A DNA stretch of 64,000 bases, taken from positions 704,001 through 768,000 of the forward strand of contig CAXXFV010000023.1 in the NCBI GenBank assembly GCA_963674595.2, read 5' to 3'. Origin of the DNA: a bacterium. GTDB lineage: Bacteria > Zhuqueibacterota > Zhuqueibacteria > Residuimicrobiales > Krinioviventaceae. Shown here one piece after another: positions 19,174 through 32,176 of the stretch (position 1 is the stretch's first letter; every line of letters starts with the position of its first letter). The notes beneath the pieces are model-generated. The model saw nothing but the letters and a program-made list of their open reading frames with translations. It ran no database searches and had not been told where the DNA came from. The translations under genes and the position numbers were made by a program.

Positions 19174-20985
19174 ATGAGTATAAGTTCTACATCAAGTACC
19201 TCATATTCCAGTCTGGAAACTCTGGTACAACAATATATGGCTATTGAACGTCAGGCGGTCACGAAATATGAAAGTGAAAGAACGTCTTTAAAAGCACGTT
19301 CATCAACCTATGATACCCTTGATACATATTTGACCAAGCTGCAGGATATTGCCGAAAATTTTAACGATGAAGATAATTCCATATTCGACAGTGTCTCGGT
19401 AACATCGAGTGATACAAGCGCTGTAGACGCTACGGGAAGTGATGATGCAACCATAGGCAGCTATGCTCTTCGGGTCCGTCAGCTTGCAACAGCAACCTCG
19501 ATGAACAGTGCCGGTAAATTAAATACCGCTAATTCTGTTGTCAGCAGTTTACAGGTTGTCTCCGGGTCGGAAGGGATTGATGTTGATAAAAGCTGGGCTG
19601 ATGCAGGATTTGATGAAGAACCAACAGGATCAGTGACTTTTAACACAGGCCATGGTGCTGTTGAGTTCACACTTTCAGATTATGAGACAGTTGAAGATTT
19701 TATGGATGCTGTTAACAGTGATGCAAATGCGCGTGTAAACATTTACTATGATGAAGACAAGGACAAGTTTGTTATAGAAGCTGATGACCCAACTGATATG
19801 CTGTCAATGTACCAGTCAGTCGATAACGGCTTTTTATACCAGGCTAAAATTGCTGATGAGAGTTCAGGGCAGGTAATAAACGATACTATTGGTCATGATT
19901 ATTATGCAAATAATAGTGGCATACAGACAGATGTGTTTTTGTATCAGGCAAATTTTGACAATGATTTGGCGGAATCAGATTCCGGAAGTTTTAAAATTAA
20001 CGGTGTTACCTTTAATTGGGATGCTGATGATGATACGTTTGAAGGGATTATAAACGACATAAACTCATCAAAAGCCGGCGTCACCGCTTTTTATGATGAA
20101 TCTCTGAATAAAATTAGTATTACGTCCAACAGCACCGGAAGTGAGGCCATTCAGTATGAAGATGTTGAAGGTACGTTTTTATCAAATACCTTAAAACTTG
20201 GCGGCGTTACGCAAAATCTTGGTTTGGATGCTCTGTTTACCATAAACAGTACAGATTCTGTTGATGAGATTGCAAAATCATCAAACGAATTTACTTTAAA
20301 CGGCATTACTTTTAATTTAAAAGAAGTTACTGTTGAAAATGATGATTATACAGACACTGATACCAAAGCGGTTAATATTAAAGCAGAAAAAGATGACACG
20401 AAAATTACAAAAAATATAAATAACTTTATTACTGAATTTAATTCCGTTATCGATTATTTGAAAAAACAAACTTCGGTGGACCTCACCACATATACACGTG
20501 GTTCGTTTGCCAGTGAGTCGAGTATAAGGTATTTACGGTCTGATTTTATTAATATCATGCTGTCTGAAGTTACCGGAGGTAGTAGTGGTGATCCGGCAAC
20601 ATTAGCTGAATTAGGAATTACTTTTGACAGTGATATGCACCTGGAAGTATCGGATACTGATAAATTGTCCGACGCTATTTCTGCGGATTTACAGGCAGTT
20701 AAATATTTATTTACTTCAGAGAATGGTTTTACTACCAGAATTTTTGATATACTTGACAATTATACGGATGATGATGACGGGATTATAGAGCAGAAAAAAG
20801 ACATTATTCAGGACCAGGTAGAAACTGTTAATAAAAGAATAGATCGGTTAGAAGCACAATTGGAACTTAAAGAAATACAATACCGGAATGACTTGTCAAC
20901 AATGCAATCTCTTTTGAATCAATCTGTTCAGCAGTATGACCTGGTAACAAGTATAATGGGGTATACGTCCAATATTTTAGGTTAG
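19174..20985 (+). CDS. fliD: Flagellar filament cap FliD
   Basis: GSYALRVRQLATA, SSNEFTLNGITFNLK, FITEFNSVID, LAELGI, C-terminal coiled coil. Confidence 0.9.
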   Translation: MSISSTSSTSYSSLETLVQQYMAIERQAVTKYESERTSLKARSSTYDTLDTYLTKLQDIAENFNDEDNSIFDSVSVTSSDTSAVDATGSDDATIGSYALRVRQLATATSMNSAGKLNTANSVVSSLQVVSGSEGIDVDKSWADAGFDEEPTGSVTFNTGHGAVEFTLSDYETVEDFMDAVNSDANARVNIYYDEDKDKFVIEADDPTDMLSMYQSVDNGFLYQAKIADESSGQVINDTIGHDYYANNSGIQTDVFLYQANFDNDLAESDSGSFKINGVTFNWDADDDTFEGIINDINSSKAGVTAFYDESLNKISITSNSTGSEAIQYEDVEGTFLSNTLKLGGVTQNLGLDALFTINSTDSVDEIAKSSNEFTLNGITFNLKEVTVENDDYTDTDTKAVNIKAEKDDTKITKNINNFITEFNSVIDYLKKQTSVDLTTYTRGSFASESSIRYLRSDFINIMLSEVTGGSSGDPATLAELGITFDSDMHLEVSDTDKLSDAISADLQAVKYLFTSENGFTTRIFDILDNYTDDDDGIIEQKKDIIQDQVETVNKRIDRLEAQLELKEIQYRNDLSTMQSLLNQSVQQYDLVTSIMGYTSNILG

Positions 20986-21017
20986 TAGGATGTAAGTTAT
21001 GATAGTGAGGAATTAAA

Positions 21018-21383
21018 ATGAATGTTGAAAGAATCGATTTTGATGTGCAGGCTGATCCTACACTCACAGTCGCTGTTAGCAGGACTCAAAACAGCGCTGC
21101 AGTGAAGGATGCGGCTGCCAAGCCAGAAGAAAAATCCCAAAATGATTCTGTTTCAGCAACACCGGAAGATGTTGATAAAGCATTAAAATCCATTGAAACA
21201 GTGGCAAATGCGCTAAATACACATCTCAGGTTTTTAAAGGACGATTCAACCGGTGATACTGTTATTCGTATTGTGGATGATGACACCGGTGAAACTGTTC
21301 GTCAAATTCCTGCTGAGGATATTTTGAGGATAAAGTCGAGGATGCGTGAAACAGTCGGATTATTGTTTGATCAAGAGGTTTAG
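21018..21383 (+). CDS. flaG: Flagellar protein FlaG
   Basis: LRFLKD...VIRIVDDDTGETVRQIPAEDIL...GLLFD. Confidence 0.88.
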   Translation: MNVERIDFDVQADPTLTVAVSRTQNSAAVKDAAAKPEEKSQNDSVSATPEDVDKALKSIETVANALNTHLRFLKDDSTGDTVIRIVDDDTGETVRQIPAEDILRIKSRMRETVGLLFDQEV

Positions 21384-21384
21384 A

Positions 21385-21822
21385 ATGGAAAAAACTGGCA
21401 TTTTAACTAAAAATGATGTACATTTAGCCTTAACACAGCAATGTGTTTATCTTGATGAATTGGAACAGATAAATAAAACTATTAAAAGTTTAATTGAAAA
21501 ACGGTCTATTGCCAGGACCAAAAGTTTAATTGAAAAAAGTATTGCTGTGCAACAGGAATTGGCTGACCTTGACAGAAAACTCAGAATGTCGCAAGAAGCA
21601 TCACTGCTTGATGGAATTTGGAACAGTTCATCATTGCGAGAGTTGGTAAAAAATGTGAATGTTAGAGCAGCACAGGTGTTGACCCAGTTAAAACTGCTGA
21701 TTGATAGTATAAATGATGTAAAATCAGAGTTTGAAAGAGATTTAAATCAAATTAAAAGCCAGAACAAAGTGGCTTTGGTGTACCAAAAAAATAATACAGT
21801 AAAACGAACTACAGGTCTTTAA
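21385..21822 (+). CDS. Helical flagellar export chaperone-like protein (FlgN/FliT-like)
   Basis: All-helical, coiled-coil-like 145 aa ending in VALVYQK; lies between flaG and flgM. Family assignment is inferred from context. Confidence 0.5.
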   Translation: MEKTGILTKNDVHLALTQQCVYLDELEQINKTIKSLIEKRSIARTKSLIEKSIAVQQELADLDRKLRMSQEASLLDGIWNSSSLRELVKNVNVRAAQVLTQLKLLIDSINDVKSEFERDLNQIKSQNKVALVYQKNNTVKRTTGL

Positions 21823-21823
21823 A

Positions 21824-22192
21824 ATGAAGATAAACGGCCAGTTTTTAACAAATTCGACACCGGAATCCGGGCGAAAAAAATCATCCTCTGCACCAAAAGA
21901 AAAAAATGGTGTAGCTGGAAATTCGAATGATCAATACAAAGATAAAGTTGAAATATCTAAAAATACAAATGAATCTTTGAAGCAAGTTGACAGACAGGAT
22001 CAAATTTATTCAAAGTTTCAGAAAAATTCATCGGATGAATCCGGTCAGGTAAGTGAAAACCTTGCCTCAACAGGTTCTGTAGAAGATGAAAAAATAGCAA
22101 AAATTCGGGCCCAAATTGCCGAAGGAAATTATGATTCTATTGTAGTGAATCGATCCGTAGCAGACCTTATTTTAATGGAATTGAAAAAATAA
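21824..22192 (+). CDS. flgM: Anti-sigma28 factor FlgM
   Basis: MKI start, DKVEIS, and C-terminal EKIAKIRAQIAEGNY...VADLI. Confidence 0.8.
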   Translation: MKINGQFLTNSTPESGRKKSSSAPKEKNGVAGNSNDQYKDKVEISKNTNESLKQVDRQDQIYSKFQKNSSDESGQVSENLASTGSVEDEKIAKIRAQIAEGNYDSIVVNRSVADLILMELKK

Positions 22193-22267
22193 TTACAAAA
22201 TATACTTTCCGTATTTGCCCCCATTTTAAAATTTAGGCTTATTATAAAAGCCGTTTTGAGATAATTC

Positions 22268-22296
22268 TTGACTATTAAGCAAAATTTCACTATAAT
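22268..22296 (+). promoter_or_regulatory. Sigma70 promoter of the fba-gap-tpiA cluster
   Basis: TTGACT-N17-TATAAT. Confidence 0.8.
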
Positions 22297-22369
22297 TACT
22301 AACTTTTGCCGTTTATAGGTAGAATTTTGAAATATAGTCTTTTTAAAATGTTTGAAAGGTGGATCAAGA

Positions 22370-23296
22370 ATGCCTAAGGTTAGTACTAAAGAATTATTTG
22401 AAAAAGCATATTCCGGCGGCTACGCTGTAGGTGCTTTTAATGTAAATAATATGGAAATAATTCAGGGAATTGTAGAAGCTGCAGACGAAGAAAAAGCTCC
22501 TCTTATTCTTCAAATTTCAAAGGGAGCCCGCGAGTTTGCTCGTCATGAATATTTGATGAAATTAATTGAAGCCGCACTTGAAACAACTGATTTACCAATT
22601 GCAGTACATTTGGATCATGGTGATAGTTTTGAACTGTGTAAATCTTGTATTGATGGCGGTTTTACATCAGTTATGATTGATGGTTCTCATTTACCGTTGG
22701 AAGAAAATATTGCCCTCGTGAAAAAAGTTGTTGATTATGCCCATCCACGAGGAATTCCGGTAGAAGCTGAGTTGGGTCGACTGGCTGGAATTGAAGAGCA
22801 TGTAAGCGTTGATGAAAAAGATGCTATTTTTACAAGACCTGATGAAGCAAAAGAATTTGTTGAAAAATCAGGCTGTGACTCTCTGGCTGTTGCTATCGGT
22901 ACAAGCCATGGAGCTTACAAGTTTAAAACAGAACCAAAATTAGATTTCGATAGATTGCATGAAATTGAAGAAGTGCTTCCCGGTTTTCCATTGGTGTTAC
23001 ACGGTGCATCATCCGTACCGGAAGAGTTTGTAAATTACTGTAATCAATATGGCGGCAAGTTGCCTGGCGCTAAAGGCGTTCCTGAACGGATGATTACTGA
23101 AGCTTCTAAAACAGGCGTATGTAAAATTAATATCGATACAGATTTAAGATTGGCGATGACTGCTTCTATACGTAAAGAGTTTGTGGAAAATCCATCAAAT
23201 TTTGACCCAAGAAAATATCTTGGCCCGGCTCGAAGTGCATTAAAAGAAATGGTTCGCCACAAATTACATATATTAGGATGTGCCGGAAAGGCATAA
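22370..23296 (+). CDS. fba: Fructose-bisphosphate aldolase class II
   Basis: YAVGAFNVNNME, HLDHG, EAELG, GTSHGAYK, VLHGASS, KINIDTD. Confidence 0.95.
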   Translation: MPKVSTKELFEKAYSGGYAVGAFNVNNMEIIQGIVEAADEEKAPLILQISKGAREFARHEYLMKLIEAALETTDLPIAVHLDHGDSFELCKSCIDGGFTSVMIDGSHLPLEENIALVKKVVDYAHPRGIPVEAELGRLAGIEEHVSVDEKDAIFTRPDEAKEFVEKSGCDSLAVAIGTSHGAYKFKTEPKLDFDRLHEIEEVLPGFPLVLHGASSVPEEFVNYCNQYGGKLPGAKGVPERMITEASKTGVCKINIDTDLRLAMTASIRKEFVENPSNFDPRKYLGPARSALKEMVRHKLHILGCAGKA

Positions 23297-23318
23297 TTTT
23301 ACAATCATAAAAAAATAA

Positions 23319-24347
<1,029 letters not shown>

Positions 24348-24380
24348 AACTTTTTCAAGATTTGTTAGTTATATAATAAT

Positions 24381-24406
24381 GATGGTTGAGTTTCGGCTCA
24401 ACCATC
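24381..24406 (+). terminator. Stem-loop between gap and tpiA
   Basis: GATGGTTGAGT-TTCG-GCTCAACCATC hairpin with a weak U tail (terminator or mRNA-stabilising stem). Confidence 0.55.
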
Positions 24407-24428
24407 TTAACTATGAGAAAATATATTT

Positions 24429-24689
24429 ATGCGTAAACGAATTATTGCTGGAAATTGGAAGATGAACAAAACTCTTAACGAAGCTGTTGAATTGGCATCT
24501 TCTGTAAGAGATTTGGTCGCGAATAATACAGATGTAGATGTTGTTTTGTGTCCTCCTTTTACAAATTTATACGCTGTTTACCAGGTTATTAAAGATACGC
24601 CTGTTAAACTTGGCGCACAAAATTTGTTCTGGGAAGATAATGGTGCCTATACGGCTGAAGTTGCCGCAGATATGTTAAAATCTGTTGGA
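24429..24689 (+). CDS. tpiA: Triosephosphate isomerase, 3'-truncated at the junction
   Basis: IIAGNWKMNK, GAQN, GAYTAEV...LKSVG; homology stops just before the expected GHSERR motif. Confidence 0.9.
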
Positions 24690-25308
24690 AGGGAGCGTAA
24701 ACCAGCTCTTTATCCCGGTTCGGCTGCAGGGTCACCTGGTTAACTCCGGCTACACCCACGGCAAGTCCTTGATCGTTGATACCGTCAAAGGCATAAAACG
24801 GAGCCGCAAGCAGTTTCTGTCCGAAAACACCTGAAGTGAACGGTTCAAGATCCGTGTGCCCGAAACCCAGGCTGATGGACCTGGTAAACGAAACCGAAGA
24901 ATATCCCTTCGGAGGATTGTACAGGCTGACTATTATGGAGCCGACGTTCTGGTTGTCCCAGTTCCGCCCCATAACCACAGAGCCTTCACCTGAGGCTGAA
25001 AACAGGCTGCAGAAACGCCAGGTTTGGTTCAGCAGAGGATTATCAATCATAGACTGATTTTCTTTCTGAAAAATCTCCTCGCGGTCCCCAAAATGGGTCA
25101 TCAGGTAAAGGCCGTCTTCACGAAACTGCCCGGTTCCCTGGATTTTCAACAGGCTCTGCAAGGATCTTTCCGCCTCCGATCCATCTGAAGAGGGGAACTC
25201 AAACTGCAGATTGGTAGTTTCACCATCGGCCATTAAAAATCCCGGCACCAGGAAAAAAAGAATTAAGGACACAAAAACAGAATACGTCTTGTAATGTTTG
25301 ACCGGCAT
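24690..25308 (-). CDS. Secreted Ntn-hydrolase (C45/C59 choloylglycine-hydrolase-like), 3'-truncated at the junction
   Basis: Signal peptide; RFCSLFSA...VMGRNWD (nucleophile Cys); PFYAFDGINDQGLAVG. The reading frame runs into the antisense of tpiA. Confidence 0.7.
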
Positions 25309-25354
25309 AATCAAAACCCTCCTGGTTTTGTTTTGTTTGTTACATATAGATTAA

Positions 25355-25381
25355 GACGGATGCCGGGTTGTGAAAGTTTAC
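25355..25381 (-). promoter_or_regulatory. Possible ECF-sigma promoter
   Basis: Minus strand GTAAAC-N17-CGTC upstream of the Ntn hydrolase. Confidence 0.3.
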
Positions 25382-25529
25382 TCAGTTTGGTAAAACTCGT
25401 GCTCTCTATTTAATAAACAACTTAGATTATGAGGTTGTAGGGCTCCGCCCTGATGCCAATCGGGAGATTGGTCTTCCAATTAACGCAAAGGCGAAAAGAT
25501 TATCCTGGAATAACTTCGAAGCCAGGAGC

Positions 25530-25634
25530 ATCGGAGTCGGTATAGGAATCGGAATCGGGATCGACTGGCTTCAGCCGGATTGCGCTGAAAACAATCGATT
25601 CCGATACCGACAGCGATACCTATACTGACCCGGA
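25530..25634. repeat. Pair of inverted degenerate hexamer arrays
   Basis: ATCGGA GTCGGT ATAGGA ATCGGA ATCGGG ATCGAC (25530-25565) and the reverse-complement type ATCGAT TCCGAT ACCGAC AGCGAT ACCTAT ACTGAC (from 25594). Confidence 0.75.
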
Positions 25635-25769
25635 ATCAGACTGGAATAAAGGCTGATTTTTAGATACTTCTTTACCTTTATAACCGCTTAGAAGAAAACA
25701 CAATAAGACAGGATCAAAATAAGGATTCTGCCTTTCGTCGTAATGAATTAATTAATTAATCCATGACTT

Positions 25770-26174
25770 TTAAAATTTTCTTTTCAATCCCGTAAGGGCA
25801 AGCAGCCCAAAACCCAGAAGCAGCATGGTCGCGGGTTCCGGAACCTGGGTGAGGTCATGTACCTCAAAAGAATAATTCTGATTATTATTCAGTGGATCAT
25901 CATTATCCCCTCCATAAGTCCCGCCATCGTATGTAATAGTCATCCAATCAATAAGAGTATCGTCAAGGTAGCTATAAAACTCAAAACTGAATGGAGTGGA
26001 TTTATATTCAGTATTAAAAGAATAAAACCAGAGCAGGATATCGGTATCGTCTCCCGCGGCTGTAACTTGATAATCAGATACATAGGTTACACTCCATGTG
26101 TTAAAAACATTAACATCATAGGTGTAACCAAATTGGTCTGCATAATACTCAGTATAATTTGTATAGGAATTCAA
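25770..26174 (-). pseudogene. PEP-CTERM sorting-domain protein, N-terminally incomplete
   Basis: C-terminus VPEPATMLLLGFGLLALTGLKRKF. No signal peptide; an in-frame TAA lies shortly upstream of the TTG start. Confidence 0.7.
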
Positions 26175-26755
26175 GATATACAGGAGCCGTTTATCTTGTT
26201 TTTACCCTGGTATGATAAAAAGGGTTAAAGATATATAACCATTACACCCGACTCGATGGATAGTCGAAACTGTGGAGTTTTTCATTAGAAAATATCCATT
26301 TGAAATATTTGCATTCTGAAAATCAAGGTCGTGTTCTGTAATAGATATATAAAGACTTCCTGACAGTCTTACCTAAATAATAAAATATCCAGTAACTACA
26401 AGTAGTTAAAAGAACATTTGAAAATTGTAAAAAAATCATACACTTTCATTCTTATTTTACGCATTCAATGATTACCAGAATGAATCGCCAGGCGCACATA
26501 AGGGCAAGCATCCGTTTTACCTGGGCCGGCGGGACAAACAGGATTTTCTCTTGATGAGTATGGCTAAGCGCCTAAATATCCGCACTCCGTTTTTGCCGGG
26601 ATTCGGCTCGGCTGGTATCCGTATTGAACTCATTTGTCACTCAAAATTAACAACTTTTTTTAAAAGATTCTTTTGAAGTCTCGCTTGTGTTATTTTTGAA
26701 ACAGCAGGATGGAGATTCCACATAATGAATTTCAATTCCATAATTAATTAATTAA

Positions 26756-27568
26756 ATGCCTTCAAGTAAAAAAATATTCATTCTATTTATTTATTCTTTT
26801 TTGCTTTCAGGTTTACATTCCTTGGGCAGTTCCCTGCAAACCGAGACAAAAGAATCCTTTTCAAGGTATGCGAAAAATGCTGAAAAAGAACTGGTGCTGA
26901 GAGGAAATGGGACACTCAGTTTTTTCAGGACAGCCGACTTACCCGCCAATCAGCCCGGAATATCCCGGGGAGAAAAAGTTATCATCAATCTCAATAGCGA
27001 AGACGAAACTCCAGGCGGAATCATCCATGATTGGATAGGTGCAGTTTTTATACCCGGGGTAAGGCTGAAAAATGTAGTCGATACCCTGCTTGACTACGAT
27101 TCTCATGATCAGATCTTCAGTGAAGTAATCGATTCCAGGCTGAAAAACAGATCGGGTGATTTACTTACTGTTTATATGAGGTTCAAAAAAAAGGAAATCA
27201 TCACGGTGGTAACGGACACCTGGCACGAGGCCGCGCTTCATTCCATATCGGGAACGAGGGCGCAGCTGTTTTCGCGAAGCACAAAAATCAATGAAGTGGA
27301 GAATTTCGGTGAAAAAAATGAAACAGTGCTTCCTGAAGGAGAAGACCATGGATTTCTCTGGAGAATGAATTCCTACTGGAGCCTTGAAGAAAGAGAAAAC
27401 GGAGTGCTGGTTGAATGCAGGTCAATTACCCTATCGCGTGATATCCCCACAGGGCTTGGCTTCATAATCGGGCCGATAATTAATAAAATGCCCCGCGAAT
27501 CATTGGAATCGGTACTGGAAACATTGAAAGCGCACCTGGCCGGCAGTCCCATCATAGCAGGCAGCTAG
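26756..27568 (+). CDS. Secreted hypothetical protein, START/SRPBCC-like fold suspected
   Basis: Signal peptide; GGIIHDWIGAVFIPG, GFLWRMNSYW, VECRSITLSRDIP. The fold call is inference. Confidence 0.65.
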   Translation: MPSSKKIFILFIYSFLLSGLHSLGSSLQTETKESFSRYAKNAEKELVLRGNGTLSFFRTADLPANQPGISRGEKVIINLNSEDETPGGIIHDWIGAVFIPGVRLKNVVDTLLDYDSHDQIFSEVIDSRLKNRSGDLLTVYMRFKKKEIITVVTDTWHEAALHSISGTRAQLFSRSTKINEVENFGEKNETVLPEGEDHGFLWRMNSYWSLEERENGVLVECRSITLSRDIPTGLGFIIGPIINKMPRESLESVLETLKAHLAGSPIIAGS

Positions 27569-27608
27569 ATAGTAGCGATTCCTAGCTGGAGCGGGATGCT
27601 CCAGCCAA

Positions 27609-27646
27609 AATCCCCAATCCCCAATCGTCAATCTGAAATCGTCAAT
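27609..27646. repeat. Heptamer tandem array
   Basis: AATCCCC AATCCCC AATCGTC AATCTGA AATCGTC AAT. Confidence 0.75.
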
Positions 27647-27681
27647 AAAAAAAGGGCTCCCTATGAGGGGAGCCCTTTTTT
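27647..27681 (-). terminator. Intrinsic (bidirectional) terminator after 5S rRNA
   Basis: A7-GGGCTCCC...GGGAGCCC-T6 hairpin. Confidence 0.85.
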
Positions 27682-27696
27682 GTTTATATATATAAT

Positions 27697-27813
27697 ACCG
27701 GCGATGACCTACTTTCCCACACCGCCTCCGGTGCAGTATCATCGGCGCTGAAGGTCTTTACTTCTGTGTTCGGGATGGGAACAGGTGTTACCCCTTCGCT
27801 AAAACCGCCGGTA
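27697..27813 (-). rRNA. rrf: 5S rRNA
   Basis: Reverse complement carries CCTGTTCCCATCCCGAACACAGAAGTAAAG and GGGAAAGTAGGTCATCGCCGG; ~117 nt. Confidence 0.95.
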
Positions 27814-27894
27814 AACTTGTAAACTTTTTAAAACTGGAGAATAGGGAAACAACATTATCCACGTTGAGATATTTTTGCAAATGGGTAAATTTCA

Positions 27895-30840
<2,946 letters not shown>

Positions 30841-30846
<6 letters not shown>

Positions 30847-30930
30847 TGAAATTTACGCATTCGCAAAAATTTCATGTCTCTTACTGTGGTTTGTATTATT
30901 TGCCCTATATTCTCCAGTTTGTAAAAGATC
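30841..30930 (-). promoter_or_regulatory. 23S leader: boxA-like element and 5' arm of the processing stem
   Basis: GATCTTTTACAAAC (30930-30917). 30841-30925 is an imperfect inverted repeat of 27826-27900 (e.g. TTGACCTGAAATTTAC / GTAAATTTCAGGTCAA and TCTCCAGTTT / AAACTGGAGA). Confidence 0.75.
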
Positions 30931-30986
30931 TATGCCGCTCTCTATCAGCCGCGGCCCACTGTCCGGTCTTTCCACCGATTTGCGGA

Positions 30987-31015
30987 ATGATACAGACTTT
31001 CTCCCTTTTATTCAA
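30987..31015 (-). promoter_or_regulatory. Sigma70 promoter directly upstream of 23S rRNA
   Basis: Minus strand TTGAAT-N17-TATCAT followed by a GC-rich discriminator (TCCGC). Confidence 0.75.
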
Positions 31016-31395
31016 GTTTTCCAGACAGATTTTTCAGGGTTCTTTTTTTGTACTGCCCGACCCTGTTTGCCAGGGTCTCCCAAACCCGGCTCCTAATTCA
31101 ATTTATATATTTATTATTTAATCCCTTCCATCAATTACGGGAATATGATGCAAAGCATCTTTTCCGAAATCCCTATTCCAGATTCAATCCGAATCTAAAG
31201 ATCATCACAATATTAAATACACCTTCAAACCCTGATATTTTCCAGAAGAAAAAAATAAAAGCTAATTAGTTTCACCCTGTTCCAATAGGTAAACTTTTAA
31301 AATCGGCAAAACAGTCTTTTCACCAGATCAGCCCGCCCTGCTATCCAATCCAAAAGCAAGTTGAAAAAATGGACAATATCCTTCACTATTCGTGA

Positions 31396-32145
31396 ATGCC
31401 CCAAAATAACCAGAAGGTAAATAATAAAAGACACAAGATTCTTGCGGCCTCCGTTCACCTGTTAACAGCATTCGGATCAGTTCTGGGTCTGCTGGGATTT
31501 GCGGCCTGCAGCCGCGGAGAATGGCGGACGGTCTACATCCTAATGATTTTGACTGTATTGATAGATGCCTTTGATGGCTCTCTGGCAAGAAAATTCAGGG
31601 TCCGGGAGGTGCTGCCTCAGATCGACGGAGCCCTGATGGATAACCTGGTGGATTTCGTAAATTACGCCCTTCTGCCTGCATTTGTATTGCTTTTATCAGG
31701 TCTTCTCCCGGTACAATTCAGGCTTCTGGGAGCGTCCATGGTCCTGTTGTCTTCCTGCTTCCAGTTTTCGCAAACCAATGCTAAAACAACCGATCACTTT
31801 TTCCGTGGATTCCCTTCCTACTGGAACCTGCTTGTGATTTATCTCGGATTATTAGGCACTTCCTCATGGACAAATCTTATGGCTGTCACAACCTGTGCTA
31901 TCCTTGCCTTTGTTCCAATCTACTATGTCTACCCATCACGCACGCCAGTACTCAAGAAACTCACGCTCTGGCTTTCTCTTCCCTGGCTCATCCTGCTTAC
32001 CGGGGCTGTTTTAATGTCAGGATCTTCAACAATGGGTGCTTTCTCATATCCTGTCACTCTCATTTCTCTTTTCTATATACTTTACTACCTGTCGTTAAGC
32101 TTTTTTCTATCGTTCCGCAGAACAAAAGCCAGGCACAAATTCTAA
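31396..32145 (+). CDS. pcs: Phosphatidylcholine synthase
   Basis: DGSLARKFRVREVLPQIDGALMDNLVD matches the Pcs signature DG-x2-AR-x8-P-x3-G-x3-D-x3-D; also VHLLTA and DHFFRGFPSYWN. Confidence 0.88.
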   Translation: MPQNNQKVNNKRHKILAASVHLLTAFGSVLGLLGFAACSRGEWRTVYILMILTVLIDAFDGSLARKFRVREVLPQIDGALMDNLVDFVNYALLPAFVLLLSGLLPVQFRLLGASMVLLSSCFQFSQTNAKTTDHFFRGFPSYWNLLVIYLGLLGTSSWTNLMAVTTCAILAFVPIYYVYPSRTPVLKKLTLWLSLPWLILLTGAVLMSGSSTMGAFSYPVTLISLFYILYYLSLSFFLSFRRTKARHKF

Positions 32146-32176
32146 TTTCATCCGAGCAAGGATATCCCCCCAAATT

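Noticed and set aside
24690-24743. tpiA C-terminal extension REKPALYPGSAAGSPG as a novel short TIM
   Set aside because: It is read-through across the junction into the antisense strand of the unrelated hydrolase gene.
26480-26640. GC-richer patch in an AT-rich intergenic region as a possible ncRNA or riboswitch
   Set aside because: I could not identify a consistent fold or a known riboswitch consensus; an Infernal/Rfam scan would be needed.
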